Source: Escherichia coli O157:H7 (GTDB taxonomy: Bacteria > Pseudomonadota > Gammaproteobacteria > Enterobacterales > Enterobacteriaceae). Taken from it: a stretch of DNA of 64,000 nucleotides. A program made the translations under genes and the position numbers. Location: NCBI RefSeq assembly GCF_013167455.1, contig NZ_CP038328.1. The stretch is one strand, 5' to 3'. How positions within the stretch are numbered: position 1 is the stretch's first letter; the number at the start of each line of letters is the position of its first letter. Below are positions 21,579 to 33,780 of this stretch, in pieces. Under the pieces are notes generated by a model. The model worked only from the letters and a program-made list of their open reading frames with translations. It searched no databases and had not been told where the DNA came from.

Positions 21579-23069
21579 TCATGAACGGCTGTTTTTGTTC
21601 TGCTTATTGACATATAAACGCTCATCGGAAGCTTTATACGCATCATGTAACGTATCGTTTTCTTTCATCGCGTAAATACCGGAAGAGAAGCCGATCTCTT
21701 TCTGCGGCGCGATATGTTGCAGACGTTTTTCGATACGTTCAGGCAGTTGTGCTGCAATTTGCGGCGTCGAATCGACAAGAATGATGCAGAATTCATCGCC
21801 ACCGAGTCGGATGGCATAATCACTTTTACGAATCGATTGTTTAATCGCCTGAGCTAACAACGTAATCGCTAAATCCCCTTCCTGATGACCGAGGGTGTCA
21901 TTTATTAGCTTTAACTTGTCCATGTCAATTGCAATAAACATCACCGAAGAACCGGATTGCACCAGTTTCTGCAACCGCTGCTCCAGTTCAGGGGTTAAAA
22001 TTTTGCGATTATACAGTCCAGTCATCGCATCACTAATATTTTCTCGCGACACATTTTGGTATAAGCGGAAGTGCATCCGCACCATATTCAGCAAAATTAA
22101 CGCCGTCAAAATCCAGAACAGAACGCTTTTCCACGAAGACGTGATAAAGTAAAGAATATCAATGGATAACGAGACACGAATGCCGCCCGGTAAGTCATGG
22201 ACGTAACTGACATACTGGAACAGATTATCTTCGCTCTGGTTGATGATAATGTCGCGCCCCGAATCTGTATCGGTTAGCGTGACATTGAGAAAACGCCAGA
22301 GGAGAGGGCGGTCATGAGTGTAAAAGATATTCCGCAGATTGTTTTTGTTAATATCCAGCAGCACAATCCCTTTTAGCTGCCCTGCAACATACACCGGCGT
22401 CAGCAAACTCATCACGTTCTGTTTAGTACGCTGATCCTGGTAAATGCTCGACAATACGGTACGCCCGGTAAATACCTTTTCAATATCTTTGCGATCGATG
22501 CCAATACTTCCTGACTGCAGGATGGACCAGTTATTCATCGCAAAGTATTCAACATTAACCGGCTCATAAAAATAGACATAGCGGTCATTGAGATCGAGAT
22601 AATAGTGAAATTTCTCTTCGGCCATCCCAAGACCTGAACCGTAATCATCCTGGTGGCGGTTGCCTTCCACTGCCTGATCAAAAGCGGGTAATAGTGCTGC
22701 AGCTTCCACAATTGTGTCGCAGTCAGTGGATGCGGTTTGTAATGTGCCGCGTAAGCCCGGGTATTTATGGGCAGTCAGGTTTAAGCCATGGGTATTATTG
22801 GCAGACTCAAAAGCCTCGCAGATGGCGCGCCGCTGTTCTGGCGACACTTCCGACTGCTCAGCAGCGAGAGCGCGCATCACATGCGCGGCAATACTCTGAT
22901 TCTGATACTTATCATAAAGAAAGGAGGAGTCTGCTTTCTGCACGATATAGCGCAGATAGGCACTCATTGCTCTGTCGCTGGCGACAAGTTCAAAAATAAG
23001 GAAGGAAGATGTCAGCACAATGACACTTGCGGCGATAAAATGCCGGAGCATTCTATGGTGCAATTTCAT
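21579..23069 (-). CDS. dgcJ: Diguanylate cyclase DgcJ (YeaJ)
   Basis: Start at MKLHHRMLRHF gives 496 aa; GGDEF motif (RLGGDEFCI); ORF track extends 60 codons further upstream. Confidence 0.8.
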   Translation of the reverse strand: MKLHHRMLRHFIAASVIVLTSSFLIFELVASDRAMSAYLRYIVQKADSSFLYDKYQNQSIAAHVMRALAAEQSEVSPEQRRAICEAFESANNTHGLNLTAHKYPGLRGTLQTASTDCDTIVEAAALLPAFDQAVEGNRHQDDYGSGLGMAEEKFHYYLDLNDRYVYFYEPVNVEYFAMNNWSILQSGSIGIDRKDIEKVFTGRTVLSSIYQDQRTKQNVMSLLTPVYVAGQLKGIVLLDINKNNLRNIFYTHDRPLLWRFLNVTLTDTDSGRDIIINQSEDNLFQYVSYVHDLPGGIRVSLSIDILYFITSSWKSVLFWILTALILLNMVRMHFRLYQNVSRENISDAMTGLYNRKILTPELEQRLQKLVQSGSSVMFIAIDMDKLKLINDTLGHQEGDLAITLLAQAIKQSIRKSDYAIRLGGDEFCIILVDSTPQIAAQLPERIEKRLQHIAPQKEIGFSSGIYAMKENDTLHDAYKASDERLYVNKQNKNSRS

Positions 23070-23249
23070 GATAAATGGCACTCCTTCGGTTAGTGAAACG
23101 AGAAAACCAGATAAAGTTCGATTGCGGCCTGGCACAGGGGCGCTAATTATACTCATCTCTGCGCCGCTGGGGAGGGGAAATTTAGGGGTAATAGTAATAA
23201 ATTGTATGCAAAAGCCACGCAAAAAGCATGGCTCTGAATATTTTTGCAC

Positions 23250-24593
23250 TTAAATATGATGAATAATCACTTTGTTGCCCCCCTCGCTTTTCGCTTCGCG
23301 TAAGGCTTTATCTGCTTCCGTCATGACAAGCGAGATATTACGCGTGTCACCCGTTGAAAAAACTGTGCCAATACTGATGGTCATTTGTTCAGGAACATCA
23401 TATCTGTTACTAAAGCCGGTCAGGAGTTCGACATTTTTACGCATACGTTCCGCAATGATTTTTGCCTGGGCACTATTGAGTTCGGTAAATAGCAAGCCAA
23501 ACACCTCACCCTCCAGTCGCGCTAAAATATCATCGGGGCGGATGCTTTGCTGGATAATATCGACAATTGAAACCAGCACTTTATCACCCACACGATGTCC
23601 CCATTGGGCATTGATGCGTTTGAACTGATTAATATCAACCAGCATGACACAGAAGTCCTTAACAACAGGTCGCGACAATAATGACTCTACGCTGTTGAAA
23701 AAGTAGCGCCGATTATAAATATTGGTCAGCACATCATGAACTGCCAGTTTGCTGGAGAGTTGCAGCTCCTGAAAAATGTTATAAATCAGAAAAGACACAA
23801 CAAACAGTTTACTGGAGACTTCAATCCCGCGACTGATATACCAGATGGTATAATTATACTCATCCAGAGTCAGTAGAAGTAAGTTGCAGCATAGCGATGC
23901 CAGACATAATAATGCTATTAACGGCCATAGTTCGCTGGCTAATCGTGTACGCATGATAATAAAGAACAGTAAAAATGCCCACAGACAAACCAATATTTTT
24001 GTATAGTTGATTCCCCAGGTCGCAGTATGATTGTCCGGACAGTAATCGACGACATACAAAGAATAGTCAGCGTTATAACTGCTCAGATTGTGTGCCAGAA
24101 GGGGAAAAACTAAAAAAGGGATCAGCGCCAGCAACAGAATGCCAGTTTTTTTCTTATTGTTGTCAAGGATGTTGTCTTTTCCATAACAAAAGAGCGCCAG
24201 CGAGGTTAAACAAATAAAACTGAGTTGGCGGAAAATATAGAAAATAGAAACATCATTCGACTTTGTCTGGATCAGTGTACTGCCGTTAATTGGTTTATGG
24301 ATAATTACAATGGTTTCAACTAAATAGATAAGGCCACTTAAAAATGCAAGGCTTAAAATGAGTGTTGGTAAAATTTGTTTGTTAGTGAAATATTTCATTA
24401 ACATGAAAAGAAAAATGACGGCGTTAAGGAAAAACAAAGCCACAACAACCATCAGGTAATTCATCTGTGGGATGAGTTTTACATTTGTGTTTTCGTTATA
24501 TAAGGTAGTAATGCAAAATAAAATTAACGTCAGCAATAAACTGAAAATAAAAAAGCTTTGAGCTTTTAATTTTTGTGTACCCATAGAAACCAT
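23250..24593 (-). CDS. cdgI: Degenerate GGDEF-domain membrane protein CdgI (YeaI)
   Basis: 447-aa ORF; multi-TM N-terminus; GGDEF signature replaced by EGEVF (RLEGEVFGLLF); very AT-rich coding sequence. Confidence 0.75.
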   Translation of the reverse strand: MVSMGTQKLKAQSFFIFSLLLTLILFCITTLYNENTNVKLIPQMNYLMVVVALFFLNAVIFLFMLMKYFTNKQILPTLILSLAFLSGLIYLVETIVIIHKPINGSTLIQTKSNDVSIFYIFRQLSFICLTSLALFCYGKDNILDNNKKKTGILLLALIPFLVFPLLAHNLSSYNADYSLYVVDYCPDNHTATWGINYTKILVCLWAFLLFFIIMRTRLASELWPLIALLCLASLCCNLLLLTLDEYNYTIWYISRGIEVSSKLFVVSFLIYNIFQELQLSSKLAVHDVLTNIYNRRYFFNSVESLLSRPVVKDFCVMLVDINQFKRINAQWGHRVGDKVLVSIVDIIQQSIRPDDILARLEGEVFGLLFTELNSAQAKIIAERMRKNVELLTGFSNRYDVPEQMTISIGTVFSTGDTRNISLVMTEADKALREAKSEGGNKVIIHHI

Positions 24594-24871
24594 AAAAAGG
24601 AGAGCAATGTGAGTGCTGGATTTTATTGATGGCAGAGATATATAGTTTTGACCAGGATCAATTTTCGTTAACGATAAAAAATATTTAAAGAATAACCCCA
24701 GGGAAATACGTGTTGACAGAATAATTTTTCCGAATGATTGTTTTCTGGAACTAAATTGTGTAAAGGTTATGCTGTCATATTTAAAGCGATTGTAAGCTAA
24801 TGTATGTAATAAATGAGATAACTTACAGTGAGCTAAAAATCAGCCAGGCGATAATGACCCGGCTGATAGTT

Positions 24872-26167
<1,296 letters not shown>

Positions 26168-26267
26168 CTACATTTGCCAACTGTATGCTACGCCTGTGTT
26201 GCCATTTCTCTGGCCCACGGTTCGCTGTCGTTGTAGGCCCGGTAGCATGTGTACCGGGCCAGGGTTG

Positions 26268-28202
26268 TTAAGACGATTTACGTACGCGCAAATACCATTC
26301 GCACAGTAAACGCACCTGTTTACGGGTGTAGCCTTTTTCCATCATACGGTCGACAAAGTCGTCGTGTTTCTTCTGCTCGTCGGTTGACGTTTTGGCGTTA
26401 AACGAGATAACCGGCAACAGCTCCTCGGTATTGGAGAACATTTTCTTCTCGATAACCGTGCGCAGTTTTTCATAGCTGGTCCAGTTCGGATTGCGTCCGC
26501 TGTTATTGGCTCTGGCGCGCAGTACGAAGTTAACAATCTCGTTGCGGAAATCTTTTGGATTACTGATCCCCGCCGGTTTCTCGATTTTCTCCAGCTCGGC
26601 GTTAAGAGACTCGCGGTCAAACAGCTGCCCGGTATCCGGATCGCGATACTCCTGATCCTGAATCCAGAAATCCGCGTAGGTAACATAACGGTCGAAAATG
26701 TTTTGCCCATATTCGGAATAGGATTCAAGGTAGGCCGTCTGGATCTCTTTGCCAATAAACTCGGCATATTTCGGGATCAGATAACCTTTCAGGAACTCCA
26801 GATAGCGTTCTGCCTGCTCTTGTGGGAACTGCTCGCGCTCGATCTGCTGTTCCAGGACGTAGAACAGATGGACCGGGTTTGCCGCCACTTCTACATGATC
26901 GAAGTTGAACACGCGGGAGAGGATCTTAAACGCAAAACGCGTCGACAGACCGTTCATACCTTCATCGACACCGGCGTAGTCACGATATTCCTGATACGAC
27001 TTGGCTTTGGGATCGGTGTCTTTCAGACTTTCGCCATCATAAACCCGCATCTTTGAATAAATGCTGGAGTTTTCTGGCTCTTTCAGGCGCGAAAGAATGG
27101 AAAAACGTGACAGTGTTTCGAGAGTGCCAGGGGCGCATGGGGCGTGAGTCAATTCACTGTGATTAAGCAATTTCTCGTAGATTTTGATCTCTTCGGAAAT
27201 GCGCAAGCAATACGGCACCTTCACGATGTAAACACGATCGAGGAAGGCTTCGTTGTTTTTGTTATTACGGAAAGTGACCCATTCGGACTCGTTCGAGTGG
27301 GCAAGAATAATCCCGTTGAACGGCAGGGCGGAGATACCTTCCGTCCCGTTGTAGTTACCTTCCTGAGTGGCGGTTAACAAGGGATGCAGCACTTTTATCG
27401 GTGCTTTAAACATCTCGACAAATTCCATGATCCCTTGGTTGGCGCGGCACAGCGCACCGGAATAGCCGTAGGCGTCCGGGTCATTCTGCGCGTAATGTTC
27501 GAGTTTACGAATATCGACTTTCCCAACCAGCGCGGAGATGTCCTGGTTGTTCTCATCACCGGGTTCCGTTTTGGCGATAGCAATTTGTTGCAGAATTGAC
27601 GGCCAGACCTTCACTACCCGGAACTTAGTGATATCGCCACCAAATTCATGCAGGCGTTTTGCCGCCCACGGCGACATGATGGTGCCGAGATAACGGCGAG
27701 GAATGCCATACTCTTTTTCCAGAATCTGCGCATCTTCCTGCGGATTGAAAAGACAGAACGGATGATCGTTGACCGGGCTACGCTCACCGTTGGCGCTCAA
27801 TACATAAATCGGTACGAGCTGCATTAATGATTTCAGTCGCTCAGCAAGCGATGATTTACCCCCACCCACAGGCCCCAGCAGATACAGGATTTGTTTCTTC
27901 TCTTCCAGCCCCTGAGCCGCGTGTTTCAGATAAGAGACAATCTGTTCAATCGCGTCTTCCATGCCGTAAAACTCTTCAAACGCCGGATAACGTGCAATGA
28001 CCCGGTTAGAAAAGAGTCGAGAAAGTCTGGGTTCCTGGGCTGTATCGACCATGACAGGCTCACCGATAGCCATCAATAGCCGCTCAGCCGCGTTGGCATA
28101 AGCACTGCGATCTTGCCGACAAGTGGTAAGAAACTCCTGCAGTGTGAACTCTTCGTCCTTGGCAGCTTCATATCGCTGGCGATAGTGATCGAATATATTC
28201 AT
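26268..28202 (-). CDS. yeaG: PrkA-family serine protein kinase YeaG
   Basis: 644-aa ORF; Walker A (GPVGGGKSS). Confidence 0.85.
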   Translation of the reverse strand: MNIFDHYRQRYEAAKDEEFTLQEFLTTCRQDRSAYANAAERLLMAIGEPVMVDTAQEPRLSRLFSNRVIARYPAFEEFYGMEDAIEQIVSYLKHAAQGLEEKKQILYLLGPVGGGKSSLAERLKSLMQLVPIYVLSANGERSPVNDHPFCLFNPQEDAQILEKEYGIPRRYLGTIMSPWAAKRLHEFGGDITKFRVVKVWPSILQQIAIAKTEPGDENNQDISALVGKVDIRKLEHYAQNDPDAYGYSGALCRANQGIMEFVEMFKAPIKVLHPLLTATQEGNYNGTEGISALPFNGIILAHSNESEWVTFRNNKNNEAFLDRVYIVKVPYCLRISEEIKIYEKLLNHSELTHAPCAPGTLETLSRFSILSRLKEPENSSIYSKMRVYDGESLKDTDPKAKSYQEYRDYAGVDEGMNGLSTRFAFKILSRVFNFDHVEVAANPVHLFYVLEQQIEREQFPQEQAERYLEFLKGYLIPKYAEFIGKEIQTAYLESYSEYGQNIFDRYVTYADFWIQDQEYRDPDTGQLFDRESLNAELEKIEKPAGISNPKDFRNEIVNFVLRARANNSGRNPNWTSYEKLRTVIEKKMFSNTEELLPVISFNAKTSTDEQKKHDDFVDRMMEKGYTRKQVRLLCEWYLRVRKSS

Positions 28203-28637
28203 GGTATGCCGTCCTTTCGTTTTTTAGCACAGGTTAAGAGCCGTTCATATGAATAGTAGAGGCTCCCGGAAGAGGTAAACTGAACGACGTCTCTTGCTAA
28301 AACACAGCAACTCTCATGCCATTTTATCGACGATGAGAACAACGTGCCCGGTGATACACCTTCAAAATTAAGCGTAGATGGCAAATGGAAAACTTGCCTA
28401 CACGGCTTTCTTAATTTCAATGGCATATCAACAACTCATCCATAAATTTTGCATAATTAATGTAAAGACCAGGCTCGCCAGTAACGCTAAATTCATTTGG
28501 CTGTAAGCGCGGTGTCATCCGCGTCAGGAAAATTAAACAGTTACTTTAAAAAATGAAAACGTAAAAAGGTTGGGTTTCGATGTATTGACGGGTAAACTTT
28601 GTCGCCCGCTAAACATTTGTTTAAGGAATGATTAATT

Positions 28638-29384
28638 GTGACCAAACTCAAACTTCTGGCACTTGGAGTGCTTATCGCAACGTCTGCAGGCGTAGCGCAC
28701 GCTGAAGGTAAATTTTCCCTGGGCGCAGGCGTAGGTGTCGTTGAACACCCATATAAAGATTACGATACCGATGTTTACCCAGTACCGGTAATCAACTATG
28801 AAGGCGATAACTTCTGGTTCCGTGGCTTAGGTGGTGGTTACTACCTGTGGAATGACGCAACGGATAAACTTTCAATTACCGCTTACTGGTCGCCGCTTTA
28901 CTTCAAAGCTAAAGACAGTGGCGATCACCAAATGCGTCACCTGGATGACCGTAAGAGCACCATGATGGCTGGTCTGTCTTATGCTCACTTTACCCAGTAC
29001 GGTTACCTGCGTACCACCCTGGCTGGCGATACCCTGGATAACAGCAACGGCATCGTCTGGGATATGGCCTGGTTGTATCGTTACACCAACGGTGGCCTGA
29101 CCGTGACTCCGGGTATTGGTGTGCAGTGGAACAGCGAAAACCAGAACGAATACTATTATGGCGTATCGCGCAAAGAGTCCGCTCGCAGCGGTCTGCGTGG
29201 CTATAACTCGAACGACAGCTGGAGCCCTTACCTGGAGCTGAGCGCCAGCTACAACTTCCTCGGCGACTGGAGTGTTTACGGTACCGCGCGCTACACCCGT
29301 CTGTCTGATGAAGTTACTGACAGCCCGATTGTGGATAAATCCTGGACTGGCCTGATTTCTACCGGGATCACCTACAAATTCTGA
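28638..29384 (+). CDS. mipA: MltA-interacting protein MipA (YeaF)
   Basis: 248-aa ORF, GTG start; signal peptide; beta-rich OMP-like sequence. Confidence 0.8.
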   Translation: MTKLKLLALGVLIATSAGVAHAEGKFSLGAGVGVVEHPYKDYDTDVYPVPVINYEGDNFWFRGLGGGYYLWNDATDKLSITAYWSPLYFKAKDSGDHQMRHLDDRKSTMMAGLSYAHFTQYGYLRTTLAGDTLDNSNGIVWDMAWLYRYTNGGLTVTPGIGVQWNSENQNEYYYGVSRKESARSGLRGYNSNDSWSPYLELSASYNFLGDWSVYGTARYTRLSDEVTDSPIVDKSWTGLISTGITYKF

Positions 29385-29415
29385 TAATGCATCTTTCCAG
29401 GGCATTTTGTGCATA

Positions 29416-29440
29416 AAAACAGGGCGTCACGCCCTGTTTT
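29416..29440 (+). terminator. Intrinsic terminator after mipA
   Basis: aaaacagggcg-tca-cgccctgtttt hairpin with T-run. Confidence 0.6.
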
Positions 29441-29473
29441 GCATTACGGTGGTGCAATACCTGGGAGGAAACA

Positions 29474-30328
29474 ATGCAACAAAAAATGATTCAATTTAGT
29501 GGCGATGTCTCACTGCCAGCCATAGGGCAGGGAACATGGTATATGGGCGAAGATGCCAGTCAGCGCAAAACAGAAGTTGCTGCACTACGCGCGGGCATTG
29601 AACTCGGTTTAACCCTCATTGATACCGCCGAAATGTATGCCGATGGCGGTGCCGAAAAGGTGGTTGGGGAAGCATTAACCGGTCTGCGAGAGAAGGTCTT
29701 TCTCGTCTCTAAAGTCTATCCGTGGAATGCTGGCGGGCAAAAAGCGATAAATGCATGCGAAGCCAGTTTACGCCGTCTCAATACTGATTATCTCGATCTC
29801 TACTTATTACACTGGTCTGGCAGTTTCGCTTTTGAAGAGACTGTTGCAGTGATGGAAAAATTGATCGCCCAGGGAAAAATCCGCCGCTGGGGCGTTTCGA
29901 ACCTTGATTATGCTGATATGCAGGAACTCTGGCAGCTGCCGGGGGGAAATCAGTGTGCCACTAATCAGGTGCTTTACCATCTCGGTTCACGAGGGATTGA
30001 GTACGATCTACTCCCCTGGTGCCAGCAACAGCAGATGCCGGTGATGGCTTACAGTCCGTTAGCCCAGGCCGGGCGGTTGCGCAATGGACTGTTAAAAAAC
30101 GCGGTAGTCAACGAAATTGCACATGCTCACAATATCAGCGCGGCGCAAGTATTGTTGGCGTGGGTAATCAGCCATCAGGGTGTGATGGCGATTCCAAAAG
30201 CGGCCACGATTGCCCATGTCCAACAGAATGCGGCTGTGCTTGAGGTCGAACTTTCGTCAGCGGAATTAGCCATGCTGGACAAAGCGTATCCGGCACCAAA
30301 AGGAAAAACTGCGCTGGATATGGTGTGA
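29474..30328 (+). CDS. yeaE: Aldo-keto reductase YeaE
   Basis: 284-aa ORF; AKR family. Confidence 0.8.
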   Translation: MQQKMIQFSGDVSLPAIGQGTWYMGEDASQRKTEVAALRAGIELGLTLIDTAEMYADGGAEKVVGEALTGLREKVFLVSKVYPWNAGGQKAINACEASLRRLNTDYLDLYLLHWSGSFAFEETVAVMEKLIAQGKIRRWGVSNLDYADMQELWQLPGGNQCATNQVLYHLGSRGIEYDLLPWCQQQQMPVMAYSPLAQAGRLRNGLLKNAVVNEIAHAHNISAAQVLLAWVISHQGVMAIPKAATIAHVQQNAAVLEVELSSAELAMLDKAYPAPKGKTALDMV

Positions 30329-30378
30329 TGTTGATACGTGCCGGATGCATCGCACCCGGCACACAACATTGACGCAAA

Positions 30379-31263
30379 TTAACGTTTGGCAACGCGAATG
30401 GATTGCGCCAGATGTGCAGGTTTTTCTTTGGTCACTTTTTGCATTTCTGAGGCGTAAGCTGTTTCTACACAAACAAAGGTCTTGTAGCCATCGTCCGGCA
30501 TGTCGCCCATGCTAACTGAAAGCGCCGGTCCCGGGTTCCAGCCTACAACGTTCAGATGATGCTGGTGGCCTACGGCGATAATACGATTCAGCGCTTCATC
30601 ATTAATCACGCTGCAATCTTGCGGATTCAGATACACGCGATCGGTACGGTCAGGGAAGGTCTGAATACCGTCGGTCAGTACATCTTCTTTCGCGTCATTT
30701 ACTTTATCAATGAAGCGATCGCCCAGCCCACTGACGCTTACCTTAGCGATATCACCCACGTTAAAGTAGGTATGCAGGGCAGAGGTGGTTTCAAATTCGC
30801 CGTGTGCTTCAAGATCGATTTCACAGTTTTTATCCACGCGGAAATGCGCTAACAGAGTAAAGTCGTGCAGCCAGAATTTTTTCGTCTCTTCGCTTTGTGT
30901 CAATTCAAAAGTCAGCGCTACGCCATTAGCATCTTCACGATGTGATTTCAGCGTCCACGGCAGGTTGCGGGCAAAACCGTGCGCAGGCAGGCCTTGTTGT
31001 GCCGCCGGACCAAACCACGGCCAGCAAACCGGTACGCCACCGCGAATAGCAACGCCATTTTTGAACGGTGTGTTGTTGCTCAACCACAGAACTTCTTCTT
31101 CACCTGCAGGTTTCCACGAGAGAAGGTGTGCGCCCTGTAATGCAAAAGAGGCTTTTACCTGGGGATGATCGACTACAATGAGGTCCAGTTCATCCAGTTT
31201 ACGACGGGAGAGGACAGGGGAGATTTGTTCGATGACCGGAAGGGCAAAAATTTTCTTAATCAT
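30379..31263 (-). CDS. yeaD: Glucose-6-phosphate 1-epimerase-like protein YeaD
   Basis: Start at MIKKIFALPV gives 294 aa; aldose-1-epimerase family. Confidence 0.8.
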   Translation of the reverse strand: MIKKIFALPVIEQISPVLSRRKLDELDLIVVDHPQVKASFALQGAHLLSWKPAGEEEVLWLSNNTPFKNGVAIRGGVPVCWPWFGPAAQQGLPAHGFARNLPWTLKSHREDANGVALTFELTQSEETKKFWLHDFTLLAHFRVDKNCEIDLEAHGEFETTSALHTYFNVGDIAKVSVSGLGDRFIDKVNDAKEDVLTDGIQTFPDRTDRVYLNPQDCSVINDEALNRIIAVGHQHHLNVVGWNPGPALSVSMGDMPDDGYKTFVCVETAYASEMQKVTKEKPAHLAQSIRVAKR

Positions 31264-31294
31264 GACGCAGTCCTTTAACTTCATTTTATCAGGT

Positions 31295-31327
31295 AAAAAA
31301 AAGAGCGACCGAAGTCGCTCTTTTTAG
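31295..31327. terminator. Terminator hairpin between gapA and yeaD
   Basis: A8-gagcgac-cgaa-gtcgctc-T5 with A-run and T-run flanks. Confidence 0.6.
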
Positions 31328-31346
31328 ATCACAGTGTCATCTCAAC

Positions 31347-32354
<1,008 letters not shown>

Positions 32355-32683
32355 CTATTTGTTAGTGAATAAAAGGTTGCCTGTAAAATTACAAAAACCT
32401 TACGCAGCGTCAAGCGGAATCGTGTCAATCATTGCGACAAATCAATCCTGTGCCTAAGCATTACGCGACTGACTCGCCTCACTCTTCCTTTGGGCTTGAG
32501 ACCACATGGGGTCGGCGCCCCGAATTTTAAAGGGCAATTACGATAAAAATGTGATTTTCATCACGATTTAGGTGCAGCCATTTCGTCGAGATCAAGTTTA
32601 GGACAAAATTTTGCCAGTTGGTGTTAATGTTTTGTTAGAATCAGTCACGTAATGTGAGCACGATTAAAGTGAGATGTGAGCAA

Positions 32684-33097
32684 ATGGCTAATAAACCTTC
32701 GGCAGAAGAACTGAAAAAAAATTTGTCCGAGATGCAGTTTTACGTGACGCAGAATCATGGGACAGAGCCGCCATTTACGGGTCGTTTACTGCATAACAAG
32801 CGTGACGGCGTATATCACTGTTTGATCTGCGATGCCCCGCTGTTTCATTCCCAAACCAAGTATGATTCCGGCTGTGGCTGGCCCAGTTTCTACGAACCGG
32901 TGAGTGAAGAATCCATTCGTTATATCAAAGACTTGTCACATGGAATGCAGCGCATAGAAATTCGTTGCGGTAACTGTGATGCCCATCTGGGGCATGTCTT
33001 CCCTGACGGGCCGCAGCCAACGGGCGAACGTTATTGTGTTAACTCTGCTTCTTTACGCTTCACTGATGGTGAAAACGGCGAAGAAATCAACGGTTGA
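32684..33097 (+). CDS. msrB: Peptide methionine sulfoxide reductase MsrB
   Basis: Start at [12 protein letters not shown] gives 137 aa; zinc-binding CxxC pairs. Confidence 0.85.
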
Positions 33098-33138
33098 AAA
33101 AACGATTCAGCAACTTATTCCACAGGAGCGGAAAAATT

Positions 33139-33411
33139 ATGAATCTTGATGACATTATCAACAGCATGACGCCTGAGGTATACCAGCGTTTGTCGACCGC
33201 CGTTGAACTGGGGAAATGGCCTGATGGCGTTGCGTTGACCGAGGAACAAAAAGAGAACTGCCTGCAACTGGTGATGCTGTGGCAAGCCCGCAATAATACC
33301 GAAGCACAGCATATGACAATTGACACAAATGGTCAGATGGTCATGAAGAGCAAACAGCAGTTAAAAGAAGATTTTGGTATCTCAGCAAAGCCTATTGCCA
33401 TGTTTAAGTAA
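33139..33411 (+). CDS. yeaC: DUF1315 protein YeaC
   Basis: Start at MNLDDIINSMTPEVYQ gives 90 aa. Confidence 0.7.
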   Translation: MNLDDIINSMTPEVYQRLSTAVELGKWPDGVALTEEQKENCLQLVMLWQARNNTEAQHMTIDTNGQMVMKSKQQLKEDFGISAKPIAMFK

Positions 33412-33670
33412 GTGGTTCATCCCCTTTTTGCCGCGGCTATGAAGGGGATAGCCAACAATGACCCCACGACTCATCTCAATTATCTCGCCATGACCTGGCT
33501 AAGTCCCAGTCCGATCTCTTGCCGTCGCGTTCACGCCTGAATGACTTCTCCTGAACTTAAGTCTCAGACCTATTTGGCCGGTAATCCCTCTCAAATTTGC
33601 TCCTTTTGCGTTCCGCCTTACATCAACCTGTAACAGAACCAGCCATTTTCTGCGTAATTGTGATCTGAGT

Positions 33671-33702
33671 TGTAAAACGCAGATTATTATCTGTGTTTTA
33701 CA
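33671..33702. promoter_or_regulatory. 12-bp inverted repeat upstream of ydjL, candidate operator
   Basis: tgtaaaacgcag-attattat-ctgtgttttaca (one mismatch), about 80 bp upstream of the ydjL start. Confidence 0.3.
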
Positions 33703-33780
33703 TGTTTAATGTTGACCTCAAAAATCATGTGGGTAAGTATGATGACCATCTAAGCAAAACAAAACACAGAGGATGACGCA

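Noticed and set aside
23070-23249. 60-codon upstream extension of yeaJ (also yeaW 10222..10341, ydjY 61775..61936, ydjE 41015..41119)
   Set aside because: The internal Met starts give the lengths I remember for the K-12 proteins and begin at the signal/TM or conserved N-termini.
24594-24840. Possible longer N-terminus for yeaI
   Set aside because: The in-frame upstream region has no ATG, GTG or TTG before the stop at 24840-24842 and translates to an I/L/F/K-rich peptide typical of AT-rich non-coding DNA.
33441-33542. 33-codon ORF in the yeaC-ydjL intergenic region
   Set aside because: No ribosome-binding site, no recognisable features; overlaps a hairpin that is more likely a terminator.
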